Shown here piece after piece: positions 37,110 through 49,390 of a stretch of 64,000 nucleotides of DNA; the stretch's first letter is position 1, and each line of letters starts with the position of its first letter. Position numbers and translations under genes: made by a program. A model generated the notes under the pieces. It saw nothing but the letters and a program-made list of their open reading frames with translations, ran no database searches and was not told the DNA's origin. This stretch comes from Felis catus (Eukaryota). The stretch is taken from the NCBI RefSeq assembly GCF_018350175.1, contig NC_058370.1, positions 115,506,001 through 115,570,000 of the forward strand, given 5' to 3'.

Positions 37110-37440
37110 TCACGTTCACCGAGCACCTGCTATGTGCAGGCGTTTGCACCAGGTGCTTTTTATGAGCAATCTCAGCCAATCCTCAAACTCCACCTATTAG
37201 AGTGGAGTTAGAGCCTATTTTGCAGGCAAGAAACTGCCACTCGGAGTGAGATGGCTTATTCAACGGGATGATAAGAGATAATCGCAAACTTTCAGATTTC
37301 GCTTACTCTATGCCAGGCATTGTTTTAAGTTCCTTACAAATATTAATTCATTTTGTCCTCACACGAAATCTGTAGTGGATGGAGGCGGATTATTATCTAT
37401 CCATTAATGTAAGGGGCAGAGCCAGGCTCTGAAGCCTGGA
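37110..37440 (-). mobile_element. MIR fragments (two)
   Basis: caccgagcacctgctatgtgcagg...; cgcttactctatgccaggcattgttttaag...attaattcattttgtcctcac. Confidence 0.7.
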
Positions 37441-38199
37441 CTGCCCTTTCCACTGTGTGATGATGACCCCACTATCAACACTAAAGATAACAGCTCAGGA
37501 AGTGCGAGGTCAGACGCACGGGAATGAGCTGACACTATATTGGATGGTGAAACAGGATGCCAAGTGGGATTTCTCCTCACATCCCAGAACTGCAGCCGAA
37601 GACCGAAGCTGAGGGTGGAAAGCATTAAGGGCCCCATGGTCTCAGTTCAGAAATCCACCTGCAGGGGCACCAACCCCTCCCTCAGACTCAGGAAGAGAAC
37701 TGTCTCCCGCCAAACACCAAGTGCTCTGCCCACTCAACCAGGTGGTGCCAGAATGTGCAAGAAGAGGCCTGGAGGAGGACAGGGGGGCCAGGGCCTCCAC
37801 AGGCTGGTGGAACTCACAGTGAGAGGCTCCTCCCCTGCAACCTGGCGAGAGGATTGTCAGAGACCCCCTGGTTACTTGAGTGTCTGCGTCAATGAGAGGA
37901 GATTGGCCTGTTCCGAGGCTGGACTGATGTTCACTGAGCTGTAGACCTGATGCCATTCCTGAGTCTGCTGCTGGGGCCATATGACAAGGGGAGTCTTGGG
38001 GAATGTTCTGGGAACACTTGTCTGATGTAGGCCCTCCCTTACTATGGGAAAGAGGAGGGTGCATGGCAGTTTCCTCTCACCCCCTATACTAGTGCCTACC
38101 TCTGGTCTAGAGATTTCCAAAGGCAGAAGCCTGGTAATTCTCAGAGTTTCCACATTCTACTTTGTAATTTTTCCTTCCTGCCTTCCCTAATCCCCATCC

Positions 38200-39412
38200 T
38201 CAAGAACACATTTATTCTGTGTTATTATCACTATAGATTAGTTTGTGCTTTCCAGAACTTTTTGTAAATGTAGTCCTAGATCATGTACTCTATATTGTGT
38301 AGCTTCTTTCATTCCATGTAATTATCATGAGATTTACTCCTGTCCATTCCTTTTCATTGCTTAGTAGTATTCCATTGTGTGGAATTTGTTTATCCATTCA
38401 CCTATTGATGGACATTCATTACAAACAAACTGCTGTACATATTTTTGTACAAGTCTTTGTTGGGGATGTATGTTGTAATTTCTCTGGGAAAGCACCTCAA
38501 CATGGAAGGGTTGAATCACATAGAAACTGTAGGTTTAACATCTTAAACTATCAAACTGATTTACAGAGGCACCTGTGTGGCTCAGTTGGTTGAGCATCTG
38601 ACTTTGGCTTGGGTCATGATCTCACAGTTTGTGAGTTAGAGCCCCATATTGGGCTTGCTGCCATTAGCATGAAGCCCACTTCAGATCTTCTGCCCCCCAC
38701 TCTCTACCCCACCCCCTGCTTGCACTCTCTCTCAAAAATAGATAAACATTTAAAAAAACTGATCTCCGAGTGGTTGTACTATCTTATATTTTTACTACTA
38801 GTGTTCCAGTTTCTCTGTATTTTCACCAAAACTTGGTATGGTCAGTCTTTTACAGTTTAGCCATTTCAATAGACATGCAGTAGTTTCTCCATGTAGTGGT
38901 TTTAATTTGTATTTTAATGTAGTTGTTTTAATTTGCATTTACCCAGCACCTTATGATGCTGAACACTTTCTGGTGTGTTTAATGGTCATCCATGTGTCTT
39001 CTTTGTTGAAGTGCCCAAGTCTCTTGCCCATTTTTAATTAGGTTCTTTGTTTTCTTATCACTGGTTTTGAGAGTTCTTTTCATATTCTGTATACAAGTCC
39101 CTTATTAGATTTATGCTTTGCAAATATTTTCTCCCAGTCTTTGGGTTGCCTCTTGAGTCTCTGACAGTATTTGATTTTGATGAGGTCAAATGTATCGATT
39201 CTTTTGTTCATGGGCTGTGCTTTTAGTGTCATAGTCTAAAAAATCTTTACCGAACACAAATTTACAAAGATTCTCTTCTCTTTTCCTCTAGAAATATTGC
39301 AGGTTCAGGTTTTACATTTAGTTCTGTGACCTATTTTGAGATAATTTTTGGGTATGGTATGGATTGTAGTTTGTTTTCTGCATAAGTATGTCTGATTATT
39401 CCAACACCATTG
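38200..39412 (-). mobile_element. Old L1 (L1MD/ME-like) ORF2 3' end and 3'UTR, with a SINE insert
   Basis: Minus strand encodes LFNG/WCWNN...YPKIISK.VTELNVKP..IFLEE (L1 ORF2 late region), followed by 3'UTR. Confidence 0.8.
38566..38758 (+). mobile_element. Can-SINE
   Basis: ggcacctgtgtggctcagttggttgagc head. TSD core aaactgat. Confidence 0.92.
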
Positions 39413-39449
39413 AAAAGTAGAGTCTTTAATCCATATTTAATTTTGCTAA

Positions 39450-41513
39450 GTCTTGAAGTACTCACATGTTCTTTTCCATGACCCTCCACTGGTTGCTCTC
39501 AGAAAGATTGGGGGAAGGCAAAAACCTTATATTGGTAGCAATAAGCATGAAACCCAGGTAATTTGCCTTAGAGGAGGGGCACAAAGTCCCATTCCTATCC
39601 AGGACTCTTTTACAAGCAAAGAGCCTTAAGCCACTGGAAGGGCAGGAAACTAAATACCTAGGCAAAACTCCACTACCTCTGGAAGAAAATAGAAACAAAC
39701 CCATTTGACACTGGAGGCCTTTCTGTTCCCTGTCTACTGCTGGTGAGTGCCAAGAGACCACTGAGTTCCAGGACCCTGCATTGATACAAAGCAGAGGTCT
39801 ACCATCACCGCGGTTGGGGTAAGGGGTAAGGCAGGAAGCCCCCCCCTTCCCAAGATGTCCCACAAGTACAGGAAGGGTTTGGTTTCCACAAATGTGACAG
39901 GCAGGAAAAGTGAAAGCCAAATGCACACAGCCTGCCTAGGACAAAGGCACGATCAGAAACCTGAGAACCCCGTCTGCTCCAACGTGAGCCTCACACCCAG
40001 TACTGAGCTGTAACAATCTATAGCTGGGGAAGAATACAGAGAGGCTCCCTCTATGATTCAGGCCACACAGGACCTGAACTATTGGCTGGTAGGAACACTG
40101 AGAAAAAGTTTACAGCATGCAGATCTCACACTAAATGCAAGATACCACCACTTCACCACTGGAGGGATGTGAAGTCTGTGTTGCAATGAGGTGAAGTATA
40201 ATGATTATTAAACTAAAACTCAGTGCAGCTGATGATTCTATTTGGTTCAACCCCACACACTAATAGCCTGACAGAAAAAAGAGGGATTCCCCACTTCCTG
40301 TCATAAATTCTATTTACCTAAGTCCTTACTGTTATTCTAGATACAATATTTGAATACATTTACAAATTATAAACACAAAAACACAATTATAAGACATAAA
40401 CAAAAAACAGGAAAAAAATACCAGCATATTATCAAGAGATAAAACAATTCACAGAATCAGACTCCAAGATTTCACAAATGTTGGAACGAGCAGAGGCTTT
40501 AAAGTAATTATGATTATTTGTGGAAAAGGATCTGGTAAAAAAAAAAAAGGTGGAAAACATAAGTGAACAAATTGAGAATTTCAGAAGAAACATATGAAGT
40601 ATGAAGAGAGTTAAATATAAATATTAAAATTAAAAAAGACAAAGCATTCCTCTGATAGCTTATAAGCACACTATACACCCCAGAGGAAAGAAGCTGTGAA
40701 CTTAAAGTAGTTCTATCAATAGATATTATTCAAACTGAAACACAAATTGGCAAAATAATGGGAACATCCAGAAATGTTCCAACATCCAGAAAGCATCCAA
40801 CAGTTGTGGGCAATGTCCGTATCAATGATCCAAAACTGAAAGATCAATGATCCACAAAGAGAGAAAATGGGGCAGAAGAAGTATTTGAATGTATATAATA
40901 TCCAAGAATTTTCCAAAATTAATTAAAAGCAACAAACTATAGTTTATGGTTCCATGAAATTCAGAGAACTCCCCCCCCACAATAAAGATAAATTTAAAAA
41001 CAAAACAAAATGAACAACAACAGTGACAAAAACTCAAAGGGCTGAAACTCAAAGAGAAAATATTGATGGCAAACAAAGCAGGAAATACGATATGTACGGG
41101 AGGAAAAGGTTTGAATCACAGCAGACTTTTCTTCACAAATTCTGCAAAACCAGAAGTTAGTATAACATCTTCAAGGTACTTGGTGGGGAAAAGAAACTGT
41201 TGACTCATAGTTTTATACCAGTGAAAATATCTTTTGAAAACAAAGGCAAAATAGAGACTCTTTGAGACAAGCAAATCTGAGCGAATTCATTACCAGCAGA
41301 TCTACACTATAAAAGACGTTAAAGGAAGTTTTGCAGATAGAAAGAATATGATATCAAATGGAAATTGATATCTGAATAAATAAGTGGGGCACCTGGGTGG
41401 CTCAGTTGGTTAAACGTCCAACTCTCAGTTTCAGCTCAGGTCATGATCTTACAGTTCATGAGTTCAAGCCCCAAAATGAGCTCTGTGCTAACAGCATCGA
41501 GCCTGCTTAGGAT

Positions 41514-41549
<36 letters not shown>

Positions 41550-41830
41550 CCTCCCCCCCCCACTTTCTATCTCTCTCAAGAAATAAATGAATAAACTAAA
41601 AGAAAAAAAGTAAGTGAAGATAGCTGGAAATGATAAGGACAAGGGTAAATGTAAAAGACTTTTGTTCTTATTTTCAGTTTCTTTTGCAACAAGTAAAATG
41701 TCTGACCACAATAGCACAAGGATGGGAAGGGGGAATGAAAGTATCCTATGACCCTCTTACACCATATATGTGTAATGGCATATGTGAAAGCTATTTATGA
41801 TAAACCCTAGAGCAACCACTATTTCAGAAA
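39450..41830 (+). mobile_element. Old L1 5'UTR, ORF1 and inter-ORF remnant
   Basis: A-rich ORF1-like sequence (cagaatcagactccaagatttcacaaatgttggaac; gaattttccaaaattaattaaaagc; gaattcattaccagcagatctacactata). Confidence 0.7.
41386..41609 (+). mobile_element. Can-SINE
   Basis: ggggcacctgggtggctcagttggttaa head, long (CT)n. Confidence 0.93.
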
Positions 41831-41861
41831 ATTGGAGATTGGAGTCAAAAGTCAAAATTCA

Positions 41862-42064
41862 GGGTTGTCTGAGTGGCTCAGTGAAGCGTCCGACTTCGGC
41901 TCAGGTCATATCTTGTGGTTTGTGAGTTTGAGCCCCGCGTCGGGCTCTGTGCTGACAGCTCAGGGCCTAGAGCCTGCTTCTGATTCTGTGTCTCCCTCTC
42001 TCTCTCTACCCCTCCTTCTGCTTACACTCTATCTTTCTCTCAAAAACAAATAAACATTAAAAAA
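41862..42064 (+). mobile_element. Can-SINE (felid)
   Basis: SINEC body gcgtccgacttcggctcaggtc...agccccgcgtcgggctctgtgctgacagctcag. Confidence 0.92.
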
Positions 42065-42254
42065 CCAAAATCGAACTAACATATACCCTGACCATATACT
42101 GTTGGTACAATTATTTTAAGTAAGAGGGACAGGCTAAAAAGACTGGAAGTAAAGTTAGTTTGCTAATTGCCTCATCTGTAACCTGTGATCGTGAAAATCT
42201 AACAAACATAGCACTAAACGTATGTGCATATTTAACATGGCAAAGATAAATACA

Positions 42255-42950
42255 AAACGATATATTTAAAACTCCTACAACTCATTAGCAAAATAATAAT
42301 AATCCAATTTAAAAATGAACTAAGAACCTGAGTAGACATCTTTCCAAAGAAGATATACAAGTGGCCAGTAGGTACCTGAGCAGATGCTCAACACCAGCCA
42401 TCAGGGAAGCACAAATTAAAACCACCATGAGATATCACCTCACACGTCCTAGAATGGCCATCATCCAAATGACAAGAGAAGACAAATGCTGGGGAGGATG
42501 TGAAGAAAGAGAACCCTTGCGCACTCTTGGTGGGACTGTCAACTGGTGCAGCCACTACGGAAGTCTGGAGATTTCTTAAAAAATTAAAAATAGAACTATC
42601 ATATGATCTAGCAACTCCACCCCGGGGGATATACCCAAAGGAAACAAAAACACTAACTTGAAAAGATATCTGTACCCCATATTGATAGCAGCATTGTTTA
42701 TAATAGCCAAGACGTGGGAGCCACCTAAGTGTCCGTTGATGGATGAATGGATAAGAAGTTGTGGTGTAAAAAAAAAAAAAAAAGTTGTGGTGTATATACA
42801 ATGGAGTATTATTCAGACATTAAAAAACAAAGACATCCTGTCATTTGTGACAACATGGATGGACCTTGAAGGCATTATGCTAAGTGAGATAAGACAGACA
42901 GAAAAAAGATAAATGCTATATGATAATTATTATATATGGAATCTAACTTA
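42255..42950 (+). mobile_element. LINE-1 (L1MA9/L1_Carn-like) ORF2 C-terminus and 3'UTR
   Basis: Peptides IREAQIKTTMRYHLT..RMAII, KCWGGCEEREPLRTLGGTVNWCSHYG, ILIAALFIIAKTWEPPKCP, WMDLEGIMLSEI. Confidence 0.92.
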
Positions 42951-42961
42951 AAAAAAAACCA

Positions 42962-43067
42962 GGGGTGCCTGGCTGACTCAGTCAGTTAAGCATCCAACTC
43001 TTGATTTCAGCCTAGGTCATGATCTCATGGTTTGTGGTATCCAGTCCCACGTGGGACTCTGCACTGG
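42962..43067 (+). mobile_element. Can-SINE 5' half (3' part lost in N-gap)
   Basis: ggggtgcctggctgactcagtcagttaagcatcc head runs into Ns at 43068. Confidence 0.88.
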
Positions 43068-43204
43068 NNNNNNNNNNNNNNNNNNNNNNNNNNNNNNNNN
43101 NNNNNNNNNNNNNNNNNNNNNNNNNNNNNNNNNNNNNNNNNNNNNNNNNNNNNNNNNNNNNNNNNNNNNNNNNNNNNNNNNNNNNNNNNNNNNNNNNNNN
43201 NNNN

Positions 43205-44300
43205 AACAAAACCCAATTCTGTGCTACCTGCAGAAGACAAACCTATAACAAAGTGGTTCGGGAAGGCTGAAAATAAAAGAATAGGTAATGTTATGCCAGG
43301 CAAATTGCCAATGCGAAGAAATCAAGAGTCATAAAGCTAAAATAAGGAAAGGAAGAATCCAGGTCAAAGAAATCATCAAACAAGTCAAAGACAGTTTGTA
43401 ACGCCAAAGGTTATAATTCAACAACTCAGAATAATTATGAATAAATATGCCAGTCCACATACTAAAAAATTTCGTACAGCAGAAATTACAGGAAATAGGA
43501 AAAATTGACAACAACACAGGAGGATATTTTTGTCTCGGTCCTGGGCAGATCAAGAGAACAAATGAAAAGAAATAGATCCAGTTATGGTCAGCCTTAGTTA
43601 AATAATAGGGCAGACTCTGTACCTGATAATAGAGAACGCAACTTCTTTTCAATGCCCAAGGAAGTTATGAACATTCGTGAAAACCTATATAAAGCCACAA
43701 ACATCACTACATAGTATAGGTGATATTCTCTAATCCCAGGGTAATAAAACTAAGAATTTATAGCAATATCAGAAAACAATTCCTTTCACCTAGAAATTTA
43801 TAAACTGCTTTTAAAACTGCTCTGGAGTTAAAGGTGAAAATACAAACAGAACTTCTAAAACCCAGTGGAAAAGCACACACATTAAATCTACTGGAGTCAC
43901 AAATAGAGCAGATCTCAGGGGGAAATTAATAATGCTTGATAGATAAATCAGTTACAAATAATTAAAACAGGTGAATTAAGAGCCAACTCAGAAAGAGAGA
44001 AAAAGAACAAAAAACAAAGCAAAAGGAAAGAAAATATAAAAACAGAAAGTAATTAATTTGATGACAGAGGAACCTAGAACCCATGCATGAATCCAAAAGC
44101 TGTTTTTTTGGAAAAAAAAAAAAAGCAAATGAAATACATATTAGCTAACCTAATTGAAAAATTAAAAAGCAGGCACAAACAAAAAGCAAAACAGAAATAT
44201 GGTAAGGAATCGAGAAGAGAAAATGAAAACAATCATGTGAAACTGCTTTGTGCAACCATTAAGCAAACAGACGTTAAAACTTTGTGAGATGGAAATCACT
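43205..44300 (+). mobile_element. Old L1 ORF2 endonuclease-region remnant
   Basis: QNPILCYLQKTNL...RLKIKE resembles the L1 EN motif DPTICCLQETHL...RLKIKGW. Confidence 0.75.
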
Positions 44301-45529
44301 TCAGGCCCAGAGGGATTACACGAGTAACTGGTAGAGCGAAGACTATTTTTCAGTCTTGTGACCTCCCAAGCCAGGGCTTGGCTAACCGGCCCGCTGCCTC
44401 CGGCCTCCCACCTGGGACCTCCGTGGCCAAAGGCTGTCTAACATCCGCAGGAAGGACGATTGTCAGGAAGGGGTGGCTCTGGATTTGTAGAGCCAGTGAA
44501 ATAAAATCGTGCGTCGTTGTCCCAGGGGCCCAAAGGACCCAGCCAGGCAGGGTCCCCCTTCTTTATGGCAGCCCCAGGCCTGTCTACTAGGATCAGCCAG
44601 CACTCCGACAGTAGAAGACTCCGCAGTTCACAGTGCACCCCATATCACAGCCCGGCCTGCATCCTCCACCTTGCCTGGAGTCCTCACTCAGACACGGTAC
44701 GGGCTGTGCTACTTCCTCTATTCCTCTGCTTCTAGGGTTAGGGCCCAGCTGGCTGCCACGGAGGCCTTGGTCTCCTCAAGAGCCCGAGCGGTGAGGGGTC
44801 ACACCAGCATTCCCAGACCCACGTGGGGAGTCTACTCAACAGACAACAGGCTCCAAGAGAGCCGGAATCTGGGCGGTACCGACAGACACAAAAGCTGTCG
44901 CCCATATGTGACTCAGTGGAAGAGAAAGTTAGACCGATGTGATTAACACAACCCACATTGTAAACTGCTTTCTTGCTCGTTGTAAAAGCGGAATAGAGAG
45001 AGACACACGGAGACTGAAAGAGGGAGAGAAATAAAAATATAAAGTGAAAGTAAATTGTCTTATCACCCGACTCCCATCCCCAGCCCCTATGTCCAGGAGG
45101 CAAGCTCTTTTACTAGTGTCGCATGTATTCTTATTTTTCCAAAGACATTGCATACCTAAAATAGCATATAAATATGTATATAAATAGGTTACGCATACAC
45201 GCTGACACATCATATTAAATTGTAACACCAAATGGAGCCATTCATTCAGTCAGTCGGTCAGTTGTTCATTTAAAACAGATTAGATGCTAAGGATACAGGC
45301 CCTGCTTGCACGGAGTCCAGAAGCCAGCGCAGTCCCCAATTAACCACATCAGTACAGGTACAATCAGGAACCGAGAAACAGTGAGGAAATACGTGTGAAC
45401 TGAGAAGCCCCGCAGGTCGTAGTCTGTCATTGTTTAACAGACGGTCACCAGCAAGCTGGGCGCCCGGACCTGGCCACGGTCACACTCTCTCCAGCGCTTG
45501 AATACGCTTCCGATTAAGGGGCAGAGCTG

Positions 45530-45647
45530 TGACTCACTGGCCTCCACCATCTGCTGTGCGGGACTCACATGACTCACGCCCCCACCCCACCCTGTCCCCC
45601 AGGAGTGCTTCAGAGGAACGAGAGACAAGATTATTCCGTGTGACTCA
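45530..45647. promoter_or_regulatory. AP-1 site cluster (candidate enhancer)
   Basis: TGACTCA at 45530, 45570 and 45641, GGACTCA at 45561, plus CCCCACCC KLF-type boxes. Confidence 0.45.
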
Positions 45648-46679
45648 GGCGGAGAAAGGCACAGCCTGGCCTGGCTCTCGCCCACCGCTCCCTCCCTACC
45701 TGAAAAACGGTGGTGGGCATGGCCCTGCCTCGGCCTCCCTGGGACACATCTTGTTAGCCTTGTGATGGTGGAGGGACCGTCCCCTCCCAGCAGGGGTCTG
45801 CAGAACACAAGTCGTGATTAGTTTTCCAGCACAGACGCCAGCTGAGCTTGCCAGGGGAGAAGTGAGGAATCCTGGCCTCAGCCCCCCACCTGCCTCTGCA
45901 GGGCCCTCCCTGCCACACCCTTTTGTGGACAGTCCCAAATCTGGGGCTCTGCTCCACAGGCACCCCAGGCCCGGGCTGCCGCAGCCATGCGTTTGCACAG
46001 GGCTGTCCTACCCCAGCACCTCAAACTTCACACACCCAGCAGAACACCGTCCTCTGCTCGGCCTCCTTGACTTACTCCTCTTTCTGTCCTCCATCCTGGT
46101 CGTGAGGTCGGCGTGCACAGACCCCCTTGCTCCCTCCCCATCCCCCCAGTCTGCCCTTCCTTCCATTCCCCTGCCTCTGCTTTCTTTCATGCCCTGCCCT
46201 CCACACAGACTCTTTCAGGAACCCTTCACTGACTCCAGGCTCCAGACTTCTCTTCACTGCCCTCAACGTAGTTTCCTAAACACATCTTGGTGGCAATTCT
46301 CTACCCAGATGCCAGATACTGCTGGCATCTCCTCGGGGTCTACAGCAAAGACCACAAACTCAGAGGCCTGTGGAGGGCGGGCAGGTGACACCCAAGAGGG
46401 AAGCAGGCTGAGGGTGAGTTGATAAAGGGCCACAGTGGGGAGTGGTGAGGACTAGGGCGGCCTGGAGAATGCTGGTCCTGGGTAAGGGCAGCCACCACCC
46501 AGCCACAGCTAAGTGTAGCCACAAGAGAGCCAGGGCCTCAAAAGACCAGGCCTTCGAGGCTTTCACAAGAACCCAAATTTGTTTCTGAAATCTCTTCATC
46601 TATGAAAGTTGGTCCCTAATTCACATTGGAAACCCTCGGAATGATTTCCCTGTTCCTGTATTTCCCAACCTCCTCAGTC

Positions 46680-47090
46680 TTGGTGCCACCTACTCATCCA
46701 GAACCATCTCCCATGGTGGCTGTCCTCCCTGCCTATGGCCAAAACCACACCATGCTCCGGGACATGCCTCCCATGCCACACTGACGCTGTTCCCTGCACT
46801 GCCCTTTGCTTCCTCTTTGATGTCCATCCACATCCTCCCTGCTCATGAAGGCCACCTTCCTGCCACCCCTGAGCCTGATCACTCTGTCCCTCTCTGCTCT
46901 TATGCCTCCCCTGCATGTTGCCCCTCTGTCCTTGTACGAGACACAGTCTGACCTGTGTTACCAGCCGTGTGTCTGCCCATCGTCCTCGAAAGATTGTAGA
47001 CTCTCAGATACAGATGCTGTTCTATTCACCCAACCTGCACGTGTTAGGCCCCGAGAGACATTTCAGGGATTGTGCTAATTAGAAGTGAAG
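46680..47090 (+). mobile_element. L2 3' fragment
   Basis: gacgctgttccctgcactgccc...aggccaccttccctgccaccc...gtgtgtctgcccatc...agattgtagactc...gctgttctattcacc. Confidence 0.5.
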
Positions 47091-47972
47091 AATGGCACGA
47101 TGTGGGGCTGGGAATTTGGGGATTCGGAGTCTCCAACCCATTCCACATCCAGGGTCTGCCTCCTTGGCACACCTTCCCCAGGCTGTGCACCCAATTTCTA
47201 TGGGGCCTCTGGGCCTGCACCCCAACCCAGCTGCTTGTGTGCAGAGATCACCGCCTGAGGAAGTTCTGAGTCACCATCTGAGCTTTGGCCGAATGTGCTT
47301 CGCAGACCTTGTCATGAGTAACCTGGCTCGCGTCTTGCTCTGCAGCTCCCCCCCGGTTTATGGCTAAAAACATCTGTATGAAAACGGGCCTCGCCAGAGT
47401 GTTTGTACTCTCCCCGCCCCTCCCCCTGCACCTGAAGTCCTGGTCCCCTTCCGGCTGTTTATGACTGTTTGCTGTGGAAACGCGTGGCTTCGTGGCCCAG
47501 GAGGGAGCAGGTGCTGAGGAATGGGAGAGTGAATGAGTTCATGCAAGTCAATGGGCCTGCTTCTCGTTCTGACCCCAAGGAGGAGAGGGGAATGTGGGCC
47601 AGAGCAGCCAAGGGAGGATGTGGAACACAATAAAATGCGGGCTGGTTTTCCGGGAGGTGTGAGCGGGATGTGAAATGACCTCCAGATGTGGGTCTGAGAA
47701 GTTGCCCGAAGTCTGAAGCAGGGCTTTTAGCAGTCTCCCTTTGAGGAACCAGAGAGCCCTCAAGAAGAGGTAGCTTTGTGTGTTTCTTTGCACATGGGCC
47801 AGGCCACGGTCTCCACCACTGTGTGCAGCTGCTGGGCCCTGCACATTCACACAGGCCTAGGCCACTGAGACCCGGGCATCTCGATGGACACGGAGCCATC
47901 CCGTCCAGTCAGTTCCCCTGCAGGGGTCCCTTTCACCCCTGGGTTTGGTTCACATTTAAATTAGAGAAAAGA

Positions 47973-48177
47973 GGGGCGCCTGGGTGGCTCAGTCAGTTGA
48001 GTGTCCGACTCTTGATTTCCACTCCGGTCATGATCCCATGGTCCTGGGATTGGGCTCCACGCCGGACTCTGTGCCGAGCATGGAGCCTGCTTGAGATTTG
48101 TTCTTTCTCTCTCCCTCTGCCCCTCTCCCCCACTCACACTCTATCTCTCTCTAAAATAAAATAAATAAAATAAAATA
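47973..48177 (+). mobile_element. Can-SINE with (AAAAT)n tail
   Basis: ggggcgcctgggtggctcagtcagttgag head. TSD aaattagagaaaaga/aaaatagagaagaga. Confidence 0.94.
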
Positions 48178-49390
48178 AAATAGAGAAGAGACGTTGTGGG
48201 GACCAAGGGAAAGGCTTGATAGGCACTGGAGACCACTATTTCTTATTGGCGGTGGTATTCACAGGCCAGGGAGCCTATGAGGAGAGAGAAAAAGGAGAGA
48301 AAGGGACCGCAACTCACTAGCAAATGCTCTTACTCCAAGTAGTGTTAATATCTTTCACTCAACAGGCTCTTTTCAAGCTTCTCCTATGTGCTGAACACAG
48401 TATGAAACTCCACAGGAGACACAGGTGCAAGCCAGGGGTCCTGCAATCCATTAGGGGAGAGAAAACATACAAATCACTGCAAGTGCTACAGACCTAAGAG
48501 AAGAGCTCAGGATGGGGAGGGGAGCATCTACAAGGACAACGGACCAGGAATTTGAGCCTCACGTGCAGATGTCAGGGAGGGGTGCCCGCAGGCGGAGTGC
48601 TGAATGGCAGGGGGCGAGGTGGGGGCAGAGTTTGAGCACATGAAAGAGATCCAGAGAAAACCACCCTTTCAAGCACACCTGGCCAATGGCTTTGTCTTTG
48701 GGAGTTGATGGGAGTCCTGCTTTGTGGGGTTCCCTGAATAGTCATAGACAGGAACTGGTGGTCAGGGGAGTTGGCTGATGAAAACAGGGTCTCCTCACTT
48801 TGGAGGAGACAAGAGGCTGTTTCATTGTTGATATGAAATCACAGTATCTGCTCTGAGACTCCAACAGTGTCAGTCCCTTGGGTTCAGGGTGCTGACCCAA
48901 TGGTCAAGGCAAGGCCTTGCAGCTTCCTCCTTGAGGAGATGGTCAGCTGTCAGGCTCCTTTTCCATGACTTTGGTGACATTGCCAGTTCCTTCTGCTTCA
49001 AAAGGAAGGTTTTCCCTCCAAGCAAGTAATCCCCTGGTCTCCATAGTTAGAGTCTCTGTGACCTCACGGAACCGTGCTGTTCCTACACAGGAGCTGTGCA
49101 TCTGCCTGGATTGTCTTGATACTCTCTATTCAAGGTCAAGGCTCTAGTTACATGTTAAGAACTTAGCCAATTTCTTGTTGGTAGTTAGGAGTTGTTACCG
49201 TGAACAAGGGGAGACATGTGTCTTCAGCTACGCTCCACTCTCTACACTCTCAAGCCCCCATGGTGAGTTCCTTGTCTTTTCTGAAGTACTCTTTCTTCAC
49301 AAGTTGAGGAGCTGACTTTTGTTGCAAGTAGGAGGGGATTTCAAATCGTGACACTAGAGGGTTTAATTACTGCTTCAAAGACTCCTTACT

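Noticed and set aside
38891-38940. 26-bp-period tandem duplication in an old L1 (also 13-bp at ~24186)
   Set aside because: Ordinary slippage duplications with no further structure.
42361-42912. L1 ORF2-like peptides as a CDS
   Set aside because: Frameshifted, truncated retrotransposon fossil, not a functional gene.
45814-46422. 202-aa plus-strand ORF
   Set aside because: Non-ATG start, Pro/Leu/Ser-rich translation of a pyrimidine-rich tract, no homology recognised.
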